A stretch of DNA of 64,000 nucleotides from Caldilineales bacterium (GTDB lineage: Bacteria > Chloroflexota > Anaerolineae > JAAEKA01). The notes below the pieces were generated by a model, which did not search any database, had not been told where the DNA came from, and worked only from the letters and a program-made list of their open reading frames with translations. The position numbers and the translations under genes are program-made. The stretch lies in assembly GCA_041391245.1 (NCBI GenBank), contig JAWKOJ010000016.1, positions 50,607 to 114,606 on the forward strand. Direction: 5' to 3'. Positions 37,122-48,528 of this stretch are shown piece by piece; position 1 is the first letter of the stretch; the number at the start of each line of letters is the position of its first letter.

Positions 37122-38110
37122 GAGGTTGGCTGACCGGCGGCGACCGGCGGGTTCTCCTCGTCGCTGGCCTGCCGCATTCGCAGCCACAGGAGGCCGCCTG
37201 GCAAGCTGGCAACGATAACGATAAACGACATCAAGACACTGACTGCCACCGCCTGGGCAGCCGGCACCCCGGCCATCCCGTAGAAGAACGGATACGCCCG
37301 CTGGATGACTCCCAGGCCGCCAACGCTGATGGGCACCAGCAACACGAGCGCAATCAGCGGGTTGAACAGCATGACGTAAGCCAGGGGAACGTCGGCGCCG
37401 GTAGCGTGGAAAAGCAGCCAGTTGACCAGATTGGTCAGCATCAGCCCGACCAGCGCGATGGCGAACGCCTTGATCAGCGCACGATACTCAAACCGATAGG
37501 CCTCGAAGGCTGAGGAAACGCCCTCATACATGGGCGCAAACGGCTGCAAGGGCCGCCACCGAAAGAACTGTGCGATGATCCGCCGCAGTCGCCGGCTGAG
37601 CAGGATGGCCAGTGCGCCGCCGATCGCTGCCAGCGAGATGAATGCCAGCCCCTCCAGCCAGCGCAGGCTGCTCTGTCCCAGAAACACAACCAGAACGATG
37701 GACATCACCGCGGCGGTCGCCATGTAGGCAATCAAGCCGATGAAGCGGTCCAGAACGACCGAAACGGCGGCCTGTGCGGTGCGGTCGGTGTAGCGCGCCA
37801 TGCCGTAGCCGCGCATGACGTCACCGCCGATGTTGGCCGGCAGCACGTTGTTGAAGAAGGAGCCGACGAACATGTATTGCAGCACAACGCGGAAGGGGAC
37901 GTTGACCTGTAGCGCGCGCAGCAGGACCAACCATTTCACGCCGTTGGTGGCGACCGCCAGGAGATAGAAGACGAACGCCAACAGGATCCACCAGGGGTTG
38001 GCGGCTCTCAGGCTGGCTGCCACCTCATCTACGGGGACCTTGGAAAAAACATACGCGATCAGCCCAAGGCTGACCGCGATCTTGGCAAAGGTGAAGAGTT
38101 TGCTTTTCAA
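37118..38110 (-). CDS. UPF0104 / lysyl-PG-synthase-TM-like (flippase-like) membrane protein
   Basis: TTG start. KIAVSLGLIAYVF...WWILLAF...NNVLPANIGGDVMRGY. Typical partner of GT2 genes. Confidence 0.75.
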   Translation of the reverse strand: MKSKLFTFAKIAVSLGLIAYVFSKVPVDEVAASLRAANPWWILLAFVFYLLAVATNGVKWLVLLRALQVNVPFRVVLQYMFVGSFFNNVLPANIGGDVMRGYGMARYTDRTAQAAVSVVLDRFIGLIAYMATAAVMSIVLVVFLGQSSLRWLEGLAFISLAAIGGALAILLSRRLRRIIAQFFRWRPLQPFAPMYEGVSSAFEAYRFEYRALIKAFAIALVGLMLTNLVNWLLFHATGADVPLAYVMLFNPLIALVLLVPISVGGLGVIQRAYPFFYGMAGVPAAQAVAVSVLMSFIVIVASLPGGLLWLRMRQASDEENPPVAAGQPTS

Positions 38111-38122
38111 AGACTTGCGTCC

Positions 38123-38156
38123 AGAAACCGAGTTTCTTCGGAGAAACTCGGTTTCT
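38123..38156. other. Perfect 15-bp stem / 4-nt loop hairpin between two cistrons
   Basis: AGAAACCGAGTTTCT-TCGG-AGAAACTCGGTTTCT, read directly. Confidence 0.5.
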
Positions 38157-38164
38157 TTCTGGGT

Positions 38165-39169
38165 TCAGCCGTTGATCTGCTGGCGGCCGTTGGGCAGGCC
38201 GCTGACAGCCACGGGCCGGGCCGGTTGATCGCTTCCCTCGTGGGTGCGCAGGTCCTGCACGTTTTGCTTCTGCGTCATGGCCATATCCCAGACGACGTGA
38301 CGGTCGCGCTTGATGGCGTAATCATACCAGCCCAGCACGCGACTCCAGGCTTCCAGCACCGCCAGAAAAAACAGGGTGTATACCAGGCGGAAGGCGCCCC
38401 AGGCTTCTCGCAGCGCGATCTTGGCCACCCGGTTGTTCTGCAAGCTGGACACCTGATGGCCGTACTTGTGCTGCAAGAAAAGGTGGCCGGCGTGGTTACG
38501 CCGCCGCTGGCGCACGAAATCGCTGACCGTGTCGGGACCGGTGTTGTAGACGATGGCGTCGGGCGAGTAGATCACCCGCAGATCGTGCTTGATGACGATG
38601 GCCTCCACAAAGGCTTCGTCCATGGCCACGTCTGGCGGCAACTGATCCAGCACCCGGCGAAAAGCGATCATCTCGCCCAGCCGCGGGATGTCCAGGCACA
38701 ACTCGTGCTCCATGCGCAGCCGCAGGTGGGTGAACAGCCCGACCAGGTGATCCGGCGTGTTGACCGGTATCTTGTGGGCGCCGGTCATGCCAACGGTGGG
38801 GTCCTGGAAGACGCGCACCAGGTTTTCGACCGTGTTCTCGTGCGGCAACGTGTCGCCGCTTTCCAGCACCAGGATGTCCTCGCTTGCCGCCGCCAGGAAC
38901 AGGTTGATGGCCGACGTCTTGCCGCGGCGCTCCGGCTGCTCGATCAGCCTGATGCGCGGGTCACGCTCGGCGAACGTCTGGACAATGGGCACGGTATTGT
39001 CGGTGCAGCCGCTGGCCACAACGATGATCTCGCTGATCTCCACGTCGTGAAGGTGCTGGTCGATCATGGCCTCCAGCAGCGGGCCGATGTTATCCTGCTC
39101 GTTGTAGGCGGTGATGCCGACGCTGCAGCGCAACGAAGGCTCGTGGTGGGGCGAGGTTGACATGGTCAC
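38165..39169 (-). CDS. Family-2 glycosyltransferase
   Basis: VGITAYNEQDNIGPLLEA, VVASGCTDNT, LESGD. GTG start at 39169, or ATG at 39163. Confidence 0.85.
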   Translation of the reverse strand: MTMSTSPHHEPSLRCSVGITAYNEQDNIGPLLEAMIDQHLHDVEISEIIVVASGCTDNTVPIVQTFAERDPRIRLIEQPERRGKTSAINLFLAAASEDILVLESGDTLPHENTVENLVRVFQDPTVGMTGAHKIPVNTPDHLVGLFTHLRLRMEHELCLDIPRLGEMIAFRRVLDQLPPDVAMDEAFVEAIVIKHDLRVIYSPDAIVYNTGPDTVSDFVRQRRRNHAGHLFLQHKYGHQVSSLQNNRVAKIALREAWGAFRLVYTLFFLAVLEAWSRVLGWYDYAIKRDRHVVWDMAMTQKQNVQDLRTHEGSDQPARPVAVSGLPNGRQQING

Positions 39170-39399
39170 AGGTGTTTTCGCACAGAGTCGGCCACTTCGG
39201 CGTACTCGGCGTGGCGGCCCGTGGCTTTCTTGGAGTAGATCAGTTGGTCGTTGACCGTCACTTCAAACCGTCCGCCGTCGCTGGGCAGCAGCGTCAACTC
39301 GGTGATATACGGTTCGAAGTCGCGAAGTAGTTGTTCCGTCAGCCTGACGGCGCGTGGGGCGTAGTTTCAGACACCACAGTATTCGATACTGATTTTCAT
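39166..39399 (-). CDS. SelW/Rdx-family selenoprotein (CxxU redox motif), in-frame TGA at 39367-39369
   Basis: My own translation: MKISIEYCGVUNYAPRAVRLTEQLLRDFEPYITELTLLPSDGGRFEVTVNDQLIYSKKATGRHAEYAEVADSVRKHL. GGAGA lies 11 nt upstream of the ATG. The stop overlaps the GT2 GTG start (GTGA). Absent from the ORF track because of the TGA. Confidence 0.75.
39336..39350 (-). promoter_or_regulatory. Candidate bacterial SECIS hairpin
   Basis: On the mRNA, the 6-bp stem CCGUCA/UGACGG with apical loop GGC begins 16 nt after the UGA, so the loop starts 22 nt after it. Loop starts with G. Confidence 0.45.
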
Positions 39400-39648
39400 C
39401 GGGTCGGGTTGTCTCCTGTCGATACCAGGCTCCGATTATGCCATAGCTCCGGGGATTGAACAAAACGACCCGTCTTCACATACCCTCGTTGCGGTTGTTT
39501 TGTGGTACAATAGGTGCAACCAGCAACGAAACATCCTTTCTCCTCAACCGTATTGTAGTGTGCAAAGCCTGATTACCGCTATCGTGATGCAACTGCACGA
39601 GTTGTGTTGGGTCGCCTGCTTCGGCAGGCCCGTCGGAGAGTCATAACC

Positions 39649-41577
39649 ATGCGCAAGGCAAGCGTATTTGCACTTCTGGTGCTCCTGGTCGTTGTTGTGG
39701 CATTTCCTGCCGCCACGGCGCTTGCACAGGAGCGATCGGTCTACTGGGAAAACTACGATGTCGATATCACGATCCAGCCTGACGGATCGTTCAGAGTCGC
39801 GGAGGCGCAGCAGTTGGAGTTCGTAGGCGGGCCGTTCCGTTATGGCCTGCGCACTATCCCCACCGACTCGCTGAACGCCATCCGCGATGTGACCGTCCGC
39901 GAGGTGGGCGGCCAGGATTACCTCGAGTCCGCCAGCGGCGATCCCAACACCTTCCAAACGTACAGCGACAGCGAGGGCTTCAACATTCGCTACAACTTCG
40001 ACCCGACCACCAACGCCGGCCGCGAGATCGTGCTGGAGTACACGGTGGACGGCGGACTGCTGTACTACGAAGGCGGCGATCAACTGGTCTGGAAGGCCGT
40101 CCCTGCCAACGCCAACTTCCCCATCCAGGCATCCTCGGTCACCGTTCACCTGCCGCCCGGCGCGACGCTGGACAACTGGGACGCGACCGGGCCGGCCGGC
40201 ACCTACGATCTCATCGACGACGGCGTGCGCTTCACGGCCAGCGAGCCGATTCGCGCCGGTGGGCAGGACTTCGCGGTGCGCGTGCAGTGGCCGCACGGCA
40301 TCGTGGCCGGCGCGCCGGCCGCCTGGCAGCAGACCATCGACCAGCAGGAGCGCGTTGGCCCGCTGGCCGATCTGGGCGCCCTGGGGCTGACGCTCTTCGC
40401 CATCGTCGGCGGACTGTTGGCCCTGTTCCTGCTCTGGTACAGCGCCGGCCGCGACGCGCCGGTCAAGCTACCGGCTGACTGGATTCCCGAGCCGCCCAGC
40501 GATCTGCCGGCAGGCATGGCCGGCACGTTGGTCGATGAACGGGCTGACACCAAGGATGTCATCGCAACCCTGGTCGATCTGGCGCGCCGCGGCGTGCTGG
40601 CGATTCAGGACGAAACGACGCCGGGACTCTTCGGCATCGGCGAGAACCACGAGTTCACCTATCACCTGGAGAACGTCGCGCTGCCGATGCGACCCTACGA
40701 GAAGTACCTGATCGACAACATCTTCGGCGAAGAGACTGAGAAGAAGCAGTCCGAACTGCAAGCCAAGTTCTACACCCACCTCGACAAGGCCAAGAAGCAG
40801 ATCTACGAGGCAACGGTGGCGGACGGCTACTTCCCATCCAGCCCTGAGCGAACGCGCACGACCTGGGCCGTGATAGGCGTTGCAGTGTTGATTGTGGCCG
40901 CCGTTATCGGGTGCTTTGCGTTGATCGGTCTGGGCGCCTTCACCTCCTTCGCCATCTGTGTGCCGGTGGGTCTGGCCGTGCCAGCTATCGGCTTGCTGAT
41001 CCTGGCGCGCTACATGCCGCGCAAGACGCCCAAGGGCGCCGAGGAGGCCGCCAAGTGGCTGGCCTTCAAGCGCTACATGGAGAACCTGGAGCAGTACACC
41101 AAGGTCGAGGAGGCCAAGGAGATCTTCGATCGCTACCTGCCCTACGCGGTGGCGTTCGGGCTGGAGAAGAGCTGGATACAGAAGTTCACCAAGGTCGACA
41201 CGGCCCCACCGCCCTGGTTCTATCCCGGTCCCTACCTCGGGCCGCGGCCGCGCCGCTACATCTGGTGGACAGGCGCGGGCTACGGGCCGGTGGGCAGCGG
41301 CGGTGGCCTTTCGCCCGCTGAGGGCGGCCACGGCGCACCACCCAGCATGAGCGACATGTCGCGCGGCATGGGCGCCTCACTGGCCGGCATGAGCGCCGGG
41401 CTGGGCGCGATGCTGTCGTCTGCATCCAGCACCCTGTCGAGCCGGCCCGCGCCGCAGTCTGGCAGCGGCAGTTGGGGCGGCAGCAGTTGGAGCGGCGGCA
41501 GAGGCTTTGGCGGCGGCGGCTGGAGCGGCGGCGGCGGCTTCGGCGGCGGCGGTGGCGGCGGCAGTTCGTTCGGATAA
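39649..41577 (+). CDS. DUF2207-family membrane protein with Gly-rich C-terminal tail
   Basis: Signal/TM helix MRKASVFALLVLLVVVVAF, then YWENYDVDITIQPDGSFRVAEAQQLEFVGGPFRYGLRTIP. Internal TM helices. Tail GGGGWSGGGGFGGGGGGGSSFG. Confidence 0.75.
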   Translation: MRKASVFALLVLLVVVVAFPAATALAQERSVYWENYDVDITIQPDGSFRVAEAQQLEFVGGPFRYGLRTIPTDSLNAIRDVTVREVGGQDYLESASGDPNTFQTYSDSEGFNIRYNFDPTTNAGREIVLEYTVDGGLLYYEGGDQLVWKAVPANANFPIQASSVTVHLPPGATLDNWDATGPAGTYDLIDDGVRFTASEPIRAGGQDFAVRVQWPHGIVAGAPAAWQQTIDQQERVGPLADLGALGLTLFAIVGGLLALFLLWYSAGRDAPVKLPADWIPEPPSDLPAGMAGTLVDERADTKDVIATLVDLARRGVLAIQDETTPGLFGIGENHEFTYHLENVALPMRPYEKYLIDNIFGEETEKKQSELQAKFYTHLDKAKKQIYEATVADGYFPSSPERTRTTWAVIGVAVLIVAAVIGCFALIGLGAFTSFAICVPVGLAVPAIGLLILARYMPRKTPKGAEEAAKWLAFKRYMENLEQYTKVEEAKEIFDRYLPYAVAFGLEKSWIQKFTKVDTAPPPWFYPGPYLGPRPRRYIWWTGAGYGPVGSGGGLSPAEGGHGAPPSMSDMSRGMGASLAGMSAGLGAMLSSASSTLSSRPAPQSGSGSWGGSSWSGGRGFGGGGWSGGGGFGGGGGGGSSFG

Positions 41578-41593
41578 GCGCAAGGAGGAGCGG

Positions 41594-42124
41594 ATGCGTG
41601 GAAGTGGCCGTATCATCGGCATCATATTGATCGTCTTCGGCATTGCTGCGTGTGGCATTGCCGGAATCTGGGCCGCAGCGGAGATGTCCAGCGGCGGCAG
41701 CCTGACGGCCGGCGGGGCTGCATTGGCGCTGGCGATTGTGTTCTTTCTGGTGTTTGCGCCGACTGTCGGCGTGGGCATCTACCTGCTGGTGCGCGGCCAG
41801 CGCGAGGCCCGGGAACTGGCCGAAGTTGACAAGGAGCGCCAATTGCTTAACATCGTGCTCACCCGCGGCCAGGTCACCATTGCCGATCTGGTGCTGGAGC
41901 TGCGCTCGACCAGTGACCAGGTCAAGGCGTGGATCTACGATCTGGTAGGCAAGGGCCTGTTCAGCGGCTACGTTAACTGGAACGACGGCGTCCTGTACTC
42001 ACGCCAGGCCAGCCAGATGCGGGAAGGCAAGAAATGTCCCAACTGCGGCGGTGAACAAGCATTCGCCGGCAAGGGCGTGATCGTCTGTCCCTACTGCGGC
42101 AGCGAACTGTTCCTGGCGACGTGA
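41594..42124 (+). CDS. Two-TM protein with C-terminal zinc ribbon
   Basis: ATG after AAGGAGG. CPNCGG...CPYCGSELF. Confidence 0.6.
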   Translation: MRGSGRIIGIILIVFGIAACGIAGIWAAAEMSSGGSLTAGGAALALAIVFFLVFAPTVGVGIYLLVRGQREARELAEVDKERQLLNIVLTRGQVTIADLVLELRSTSDQVKAWIYDLVGKGLFSGYVNWNDGVLYSRQASQMREGKKCPNCGGEQAFAGKGVIVCPYCGSELFLAT

Positions 42125-42164
42125 CGGCCAGAGTGATAGAGAGATGGCGTTGAAGCGGGCTGGA

Positions 42165-42259
42165 ACGTGAAACGTAATACGTAATACGTAATACGTAATA
42201 CGTAACCTTGGCTCAGCGAGAAAATTCACGTTTCACGGTTCACGCCTTCACATTCACGA
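42165..42259. repeat. Inverted arrays of 7-nt tandem repeats: ACGTRAW x6, then TTCACGN x5
   Basis: Units phased by hand at 42165-42206 and 42225-42259. The first and last unit types are exact reverse complements (ACGTGAA / TTCACGT). Confidence 0.7.
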
Positions 42260-42315
42260 TCGATCGACAAGCAACCCCAAACAGAGCCACAGCTTGTGAA
42301 GAAGGAGTAACTTAC

Positions 42316-42882
42316 ATGACCGACGAATTGATGAACCAGGCGACTGAAGGCATGAACGCCTTTGAAAAGGTCCTCCACGGCGTACCCGGCTACCACGGCT
42401 ACAAGGAGAAGGAGCTGCGCCGCGAGACCGACAAGACCGTGCGCGAGATGGTGGCGCGCCTGTTGACCGACCAGCGCGCCCGCCTGACCGCTGTTCAGGC
42501 CGACCTGGTAGCCGATGGCCAGCTTTCGCTGCTGGACAACCTGGAGCGCGCCGACCGCAAGCTGGTGCTGCTGGCCGACCGCGTCCGCACAGCCAGCTAC
42601 GGCTACGCACCGCTGTTCGACGACCTGCGGGTCAAGGAAGCGGAGCTGGATGCGCTGGCGCGCTTCGACGAAGCGCTGTACGGTGATGTCAGCCGCGTCA
42701 CGGCGATCATCGACAACCTGACAACGCTGGCAGGCCGGCCGGAGAGCGACTGGGCCGAGAGCATCCGCGCCCTGATCACCGCCCTCGATACCATGAACAC
42801 CGACTTCGGCCACCGCGGCGAGGTCATCATCGGGGCCAGCTCGGCCGGCGCCACTAGCAGTACCGATCTTGTAACCAGCTAA
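42316..42882 (+). CDS. Hypothetical helical protein
   Basis: ATG after AAGGAG; good codon bias; no family recognised. Confidence 0.55.
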   Translation: MTDELMNQATEGMNAFEKVLHGVPGYHGYKEKELRRETDKTVREMVARLLTDQRARLTAVQADLVADGQLSLLDNLERADRKLVLLADRVRTASYGYAPLFDDLRVKEAELDALARFDEALYGDVSRVTAIIDNLTTLAGRPESDWAESIRALITALDTMNTDFGHRGEVIIGASSAGATSSTDLVTS

Positions 42883-42916
42883 CCACAGATCCACCTCTGG
42901 AAGGAGAAACTGAACG

Positions 42917-43963
<1,047 letters not shown>

Positions 43964-44029
43964 ACGCGCAACGTGCTGCGCAGTGCGCCATACGCGCGCC
44001 CATCCCTTTGACTCACATACAAGAAGTGC

Positions 44030-44076
44030 ATCGCCCGCCGAGAGCCATGATAGCTTCGGCGGGCGATCTTGTTGTT
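44030..44076 (+). terminator. Rho-independent terminator
   Basis: Perfect 12-bp stem ATCGCCCGCCGA/TCGGCGGGCGAT followed by CTTGTTGTT. Confidence 0.6.
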
Positions 44077-44175
44077 ACCCTGCAAAGTGGCGGCTGGTCC
44101 GGAGCTGGGAGGTGTTGGAACGCCAGTTGAGAGTAACCTTTCCGATCGGGAGTGCGGGGGAGAATTGAGGTAGGG

Positions 44176-44691
44176 TCAGTTGGATGCCCCGGATTTCCAT
44201 TGTTGCAGCCAGCGACTGACTTCAGTCGAGCGGGAGCGATAGCGCTGCCAGTTGACGTTGCTCTGAACCAGAATCTGGCGCAGGCTTTCCCGACTGATCT
44301 CTGGCACGATTTCGTTGGTCAGAAGATATTCGCGCAACGAGTCCAGCGTCCAGTTTGTACGCAAGAGGCCAAGCTGCCTCGGCGGCGTGGAAGCTACTTC
44401 GATAATCTTGAGACGGGTCTCCGAGTCGAACTTGCCCCGTGGTCCCGGTTTGCGCCGCGGTGGCTGTAAGCCTTGCAAGCCGCTTCTGTTGAACCTGATG
44501 ACCCACTTGCGCACTTTGTCGACGTGCAGGCCGACCATCGGTGCAATTTCTGGCACTCGAAACTGCTCTTCTGACGACAGCAGGACGATCAGCGCTCGCT
44601 GCTTCAATGCCTGGTTCTGCCCAGCCATGATTTGTTCAAGCGCCTTTTTTTCCTCAGCGGTCAGAGAGCGGACGAACAAGAGTTTCGGCAT
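44176..44691 (-). mobile_element. IS630-family transposase N-terminal (HTH) fragment; DDE catalytic domain missing
   Basis: MPKLLFVRSLTAEEKKALEQ...LKQRALIVLLS...VDKVRKWVIRFNRSGLQGL...LGLLRTNWTLDSLREYL. The ORF ends where the DDE domain should begin, and only about 210 nt remain before the next gene. Confidence 0.65.
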
Positions 44692-44971
44692 GATGGAATT
44701 CCTCTTTCCGTGACATTTTCTGGGTAAGCGACGCTGACTCGACCGTAGCATAGGTCCTCTGGAGACCAAGACCGTCGCGAGGCAGGGTGTGTCCCATGGT
44801 GCCACTACGCCGCTGATACTTTGAAGTATAGCAGCCAAGACGCATCAATTCAATAGGACTTCAGTACGAGCGTAGCAAAAGATTTCTTTTGGTGATTCAG
44901 GCGGTAGGGATATAATTCAACCGCCAAAGAAAATGCTTCACGAGCAATACAGAGCCTGAGAGGCTGACGGA

Positions 44972-45286
44972 ATGCCTGTTTACGAATATCAATGTGAGAT
45001 CTGCAGCAATCGTTTTGAAAAACGCCAGCGCTTCAGCGATGAGCCTTTGACCGAATGCCCTGTGTGCGGCGGTCTTTTGCACAAAGTCATCCAGCCTGTC
45101 GGTGTCATCTTCAAAGGGTCCGGCTTTTACGTGACCGACAACCGCGGCAAGTCGTCGACGACCCCGCCAGCGCGCAAGGAGGGCGATAGCGCAGGAAGTG
45201 GCGAAAGTGCGACAAGCAGCGAAGGTAAAGCGGAGTCGACCAAGACGGAGACTGCAGCACCCGCCGCGGTTAGCGGGGGCGAATGA
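44972..45286 (+). CDS. FmdB-family zinc-ribbon protein
   Basis: MPVYEYQCEICSNRFE...CPVCGG. Confidence 0.8.
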   Translation: MPVYEYQCEICSNRFEKRQRFSDEPLTECPVCGGLLHKVIQPVGVIFKGSGFYVTDNRGKSSTTPPARKEGDSAGSGESATSSEGKAESTKTETAAPAAVSGGE

Positions 45287-45418
45287 AAAGCGGCTGAAAC
45301 CGTTCAGACGCTCACGGCGTCATGATCGGGGAGAACGGAACCGCCTCGCATACAGTGCGGTTCACCAACGGGATGGATAGCCGGTCCCCTGCCGAAATCA
45401 GTTCCAAGCGCCATACGG

Positions 45419-45721
45419 TCAGAGCTGAAAGCTCCCGCTGGCAGCCACAACCTTATGATCGAAATTGGTAACGTAGGTCAAGAGCTGATCGCGCAGGGCT
45501 TTCCAGTCGTCGCTGGCCAGTAGGGTGTTCATCGCATCCATGTCGCTGGTCACCCCCCCGGAAAGAATCTGTGGCCCGTCTCCGTAGACTGTATACCACG
45601 CCTCTGTAGGCTGAAGACCAAGCCGCATCAACTTTGGGGCAAACTCTCTGACGATGAACTCGAAATAGGGCTGTTCACGCCCAGCTTTGATGTCCCAACT
45701 CATCAGCAGCTTCATCATCAT
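45419..45721 (-). CDS. Hypothetical 100-aa protein
   Basis: Intact ORF with reasonable codon bias; no family recognised. Confidence 0.5.
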   Translation of the reverse strand: MMMKLLMSWDIKAGREQPYFEFIVREFAPKLMRLGLQPTEAWYTVYGDGPQILSGGVTSDMDAMNTLLASDDWKALRDQLLTYVTNFDHKVVAASGSFQL

Positions 45722-45880
45722 TCAGGTGGCTCCTTGCAACCAGGGTCGGCCAAATGCGCCGATGGCCCAAAGTGTTCGAGAAGTGGCAATTGCCTACTTG
45801 CCATCAGGCAATAATAGCATACCAGTTCTAACCCGAAATGGCAAGTTGTTTGCTTCCAACGGCAAGGGGCCGCAGCCTAC

Positions 45881-45909
45881 TTGACACGAAGGCTTCGACT
45901 TCTTACAAT
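45881..45909 (+). promoter_or_regulatory. Near-consensus sigma70-like promoter TTGACA-N17-TACAAT
   Basis: Read directly. It would give a ~160-nt structured leader before the 46076 ATG. Confidence 0.4.
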
Positions 45910-46075
45910 CTGTAAGCGTTGCTGCCCCGGTTGCGTTTTGGGGCAGCCCGGTGCGATTGAACTTCAGACTGACAGCGGTTGTGTTAAGTCATGCGTCCTT
46001 CGCTGCTCCAGAGGTGACGCCAAGGCGAAGACTTTCAAAGTCTGAGACCGAACTGTTTTGCAAAGGAACGTATAG

Positions 46076-48419
46076 ATGCAGACATCTGCACCCAAGACAT
46101 CCTCCCGGTTTCTCGTCCCCGGTGCATGGATCTCAGCAATTCTGCTGGCGGCAATGCTCTTGAACCTGGCAATGTCCATAAGCTCCGCCGGTTGGACTGA
46201 CGGCCTGGGTGTGCTGGGGGTCATCGTATTGGGCGGCTTCCTTTTCGGATTGGCGATGAGCTACTCCAGGTGGAGCGGGCTGTTCCCTCTTGTGCAAAGC
46301 CTCGTCGTGGGGCTGGTCTGGGTGTTGATCTGGGTTGGAAGAACGCCGGAGATACCCGATGGCGTGGTCGGGGCCGAGCGCGTTGTGGTCATCGGCCAGG
46401 ATCTATGGAACTGGTTCATGCTGCTCTTTGGCGAGACGCCGGCGCGCAGCAATCTGGTGTTCATCCTGGAGCTGGCAATTCTCATGTGGTGGCTGGGCTA
46501 CCTGTCAGCGTGGGCGGTCTTTCGCGAGGGGCGAGTCTGGCGGGCCATCATCCCCATCGGCCTCGTGTTGGTGGTCAACGTCTATTTTGGCCCCTCCAAT
46601 CTGGGATTTCACCTGGCAATTTTCATCATCTGTGCGCTGCTGCTGGCGGTGCGCAGCAACCTCTCGGAGCAGGAAATCAACTGGCGAATCGAGGGTATTC
46701 GCTATCCCACCGACATTCAGTTTGACTTCCTGCGCGATGGACTGATCCTGGCGGTGGTCGTCATGTTGTTGGCCTTCTTTCTGCCAAACGCCGGCGGCAA
46801 CGGCGCTGGCCTCGGCGGTCGACCCGCTGCGGGAGCCCTGGTACGACATCCAGCAGGAATGGGGTCGCCTCTTCAGCACGTTGAACTACCAGGGAGGCAC
46901 AGCCGGCGTGGCGGCCTTTGGCGACACCTTGACACTGGGCGGCGAGCGCAACCTGGGCAACACGCCAATTATGGATGTGCGCACGACGGCCGGTCGCTAT
47001 TGGCGCGCTGTGGCCTATGATACGTTCACCGGCCGACGCTGGCTGAACACCGGCACGCTGATCCAGTCCATCGACGCCGCCAACAACGTTATCACACCCC
47101 AGTTCTCCGGCCGGGAGGAGATCACCCATACCATCCCGGTGTTGGCGCCTTCGGGCAACGTGTTGTTTGCCGCGTCACAGCCGCTACGCGTCAGCCTGCG
47201 CGCCGAGGCCGACCTGAAAGTGATCGAGCGCAACGCAGAGGGCGACCTGCCGCTGGCAGAGATTGCTATGCTGCGGCGGGCCGGACCGCCGCTGGAAATG
47301 GGCGACACCTATCAGGTGGTATCATCGCTGTCGGACGCAACCGTCGAGGATCTGCAGGGCGCCGGCACGGACTACCCCGACTGGGTCACAGACCTTTATC
47401 TCGACCTGCCGCAAGACATGTCCGCGCGGGTCGGGGAGCTGGCCCAGGAGATTACCGCCGACGCCGAGACTCCCTACGACAAGGTAGTTGCTCTCGAAAC
47501 CTATCTGCGCGGCTTCACCTACAACGACCAGATACCGGCGCCGCCGCCCGGCGAAAACGCGGTCGATTACTTCCTCTTCGACGTCAAGGAGGGCTACTGC
47601 GACTACTATGCCAGCAGCCTGGCGATGATGGCCCGCTCGCTGGGCATCCCGGCGCGCGTCTCGGCCGGCTACTCCCAGGGCGAATACCTGGAGCAGGCCG
47701 ACGTCTACCGCGTGCGTGAATACAACGCCCACTCCTGGCCTGAGGTGTTCTTCCCCGATTACGGCTGGGTTGAGTTCGAGCCCACAGCCTCTGAGGTGCA
47801 GATCGTACGCAAGACACGCGAGGATGAGCAGCCTTTCCTCGCACCCGGCGCCACGCCGACCCTCGACCGGTTGCTTGAGGAAGAGCAGTTCGGTGAGAAC
47901 CCGGATTTGGGCGAAGGTGATGGACAGTTGCCCGACACCGGTCCCAGCACCCTGCCTGTGTCCGGCAACTGGTGGATCGGTCTGGTCCTGATGCTGGTCG
48001 TGGTAGCAGTCGGAGCGGTGGTAATGCTGCGTTCCGGCGCCCGGCGGTCCCGGGCGGAGCAAGTGCGACAGGATCCGCAGTTCACCAGCAAGCTCTTTGG
48101 CAAGCTGGTGCAGTGGGCCCAGCGACTTAAGCTGCCGTTGCTGCCCAGCCAGACACCTCATGAACAGGCGGCGCTGCTGGCTCGCGTGGCGCCCGAAGGG
48201 CGCACCGCCATCATGTCAATCACCGATCTCTATGTCGAGGACCTGTTCAGCCCCTACGATATAGACGAGCGGCGGGCCGTCAACGCGGCCACGGCCTGGG
48301 ACGGTCTGCAAAAGCTATTCCGCCGCGAGTGGGTCCGCGGCTGGTTCAAGCCGCTGGACGACATGCGGGGCCGACTGCGCCGCCGGCCTGCATCAACACC
48401 GGAAGACGAACATCCGTAA
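46076..48419 (+). CDS. Transglutaminase-domain membrane protein (TgpA-like), one frameshift near 46790
   Basis: N-terminal multi-TM part in ORF 46076..47020. The continuation AVDPLREPWYDIQQEW... is in the frame of ORF 46881..48419. Catalytic-core motifs GYCDYYASS, HSWPEVF and WVEFEPT. Confidence 0.8.
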
Positions 48420-48528
48420 CACGATTCTCCAAATTGTGTCGCTGCCTGTGCAAAAACGACCGCCGGACCTTCTTGGGTCCGGCGGTCGTTTTGGGGCGTA
48501 CCCCCGACAGCGCATAGCCTCGGCCAGA

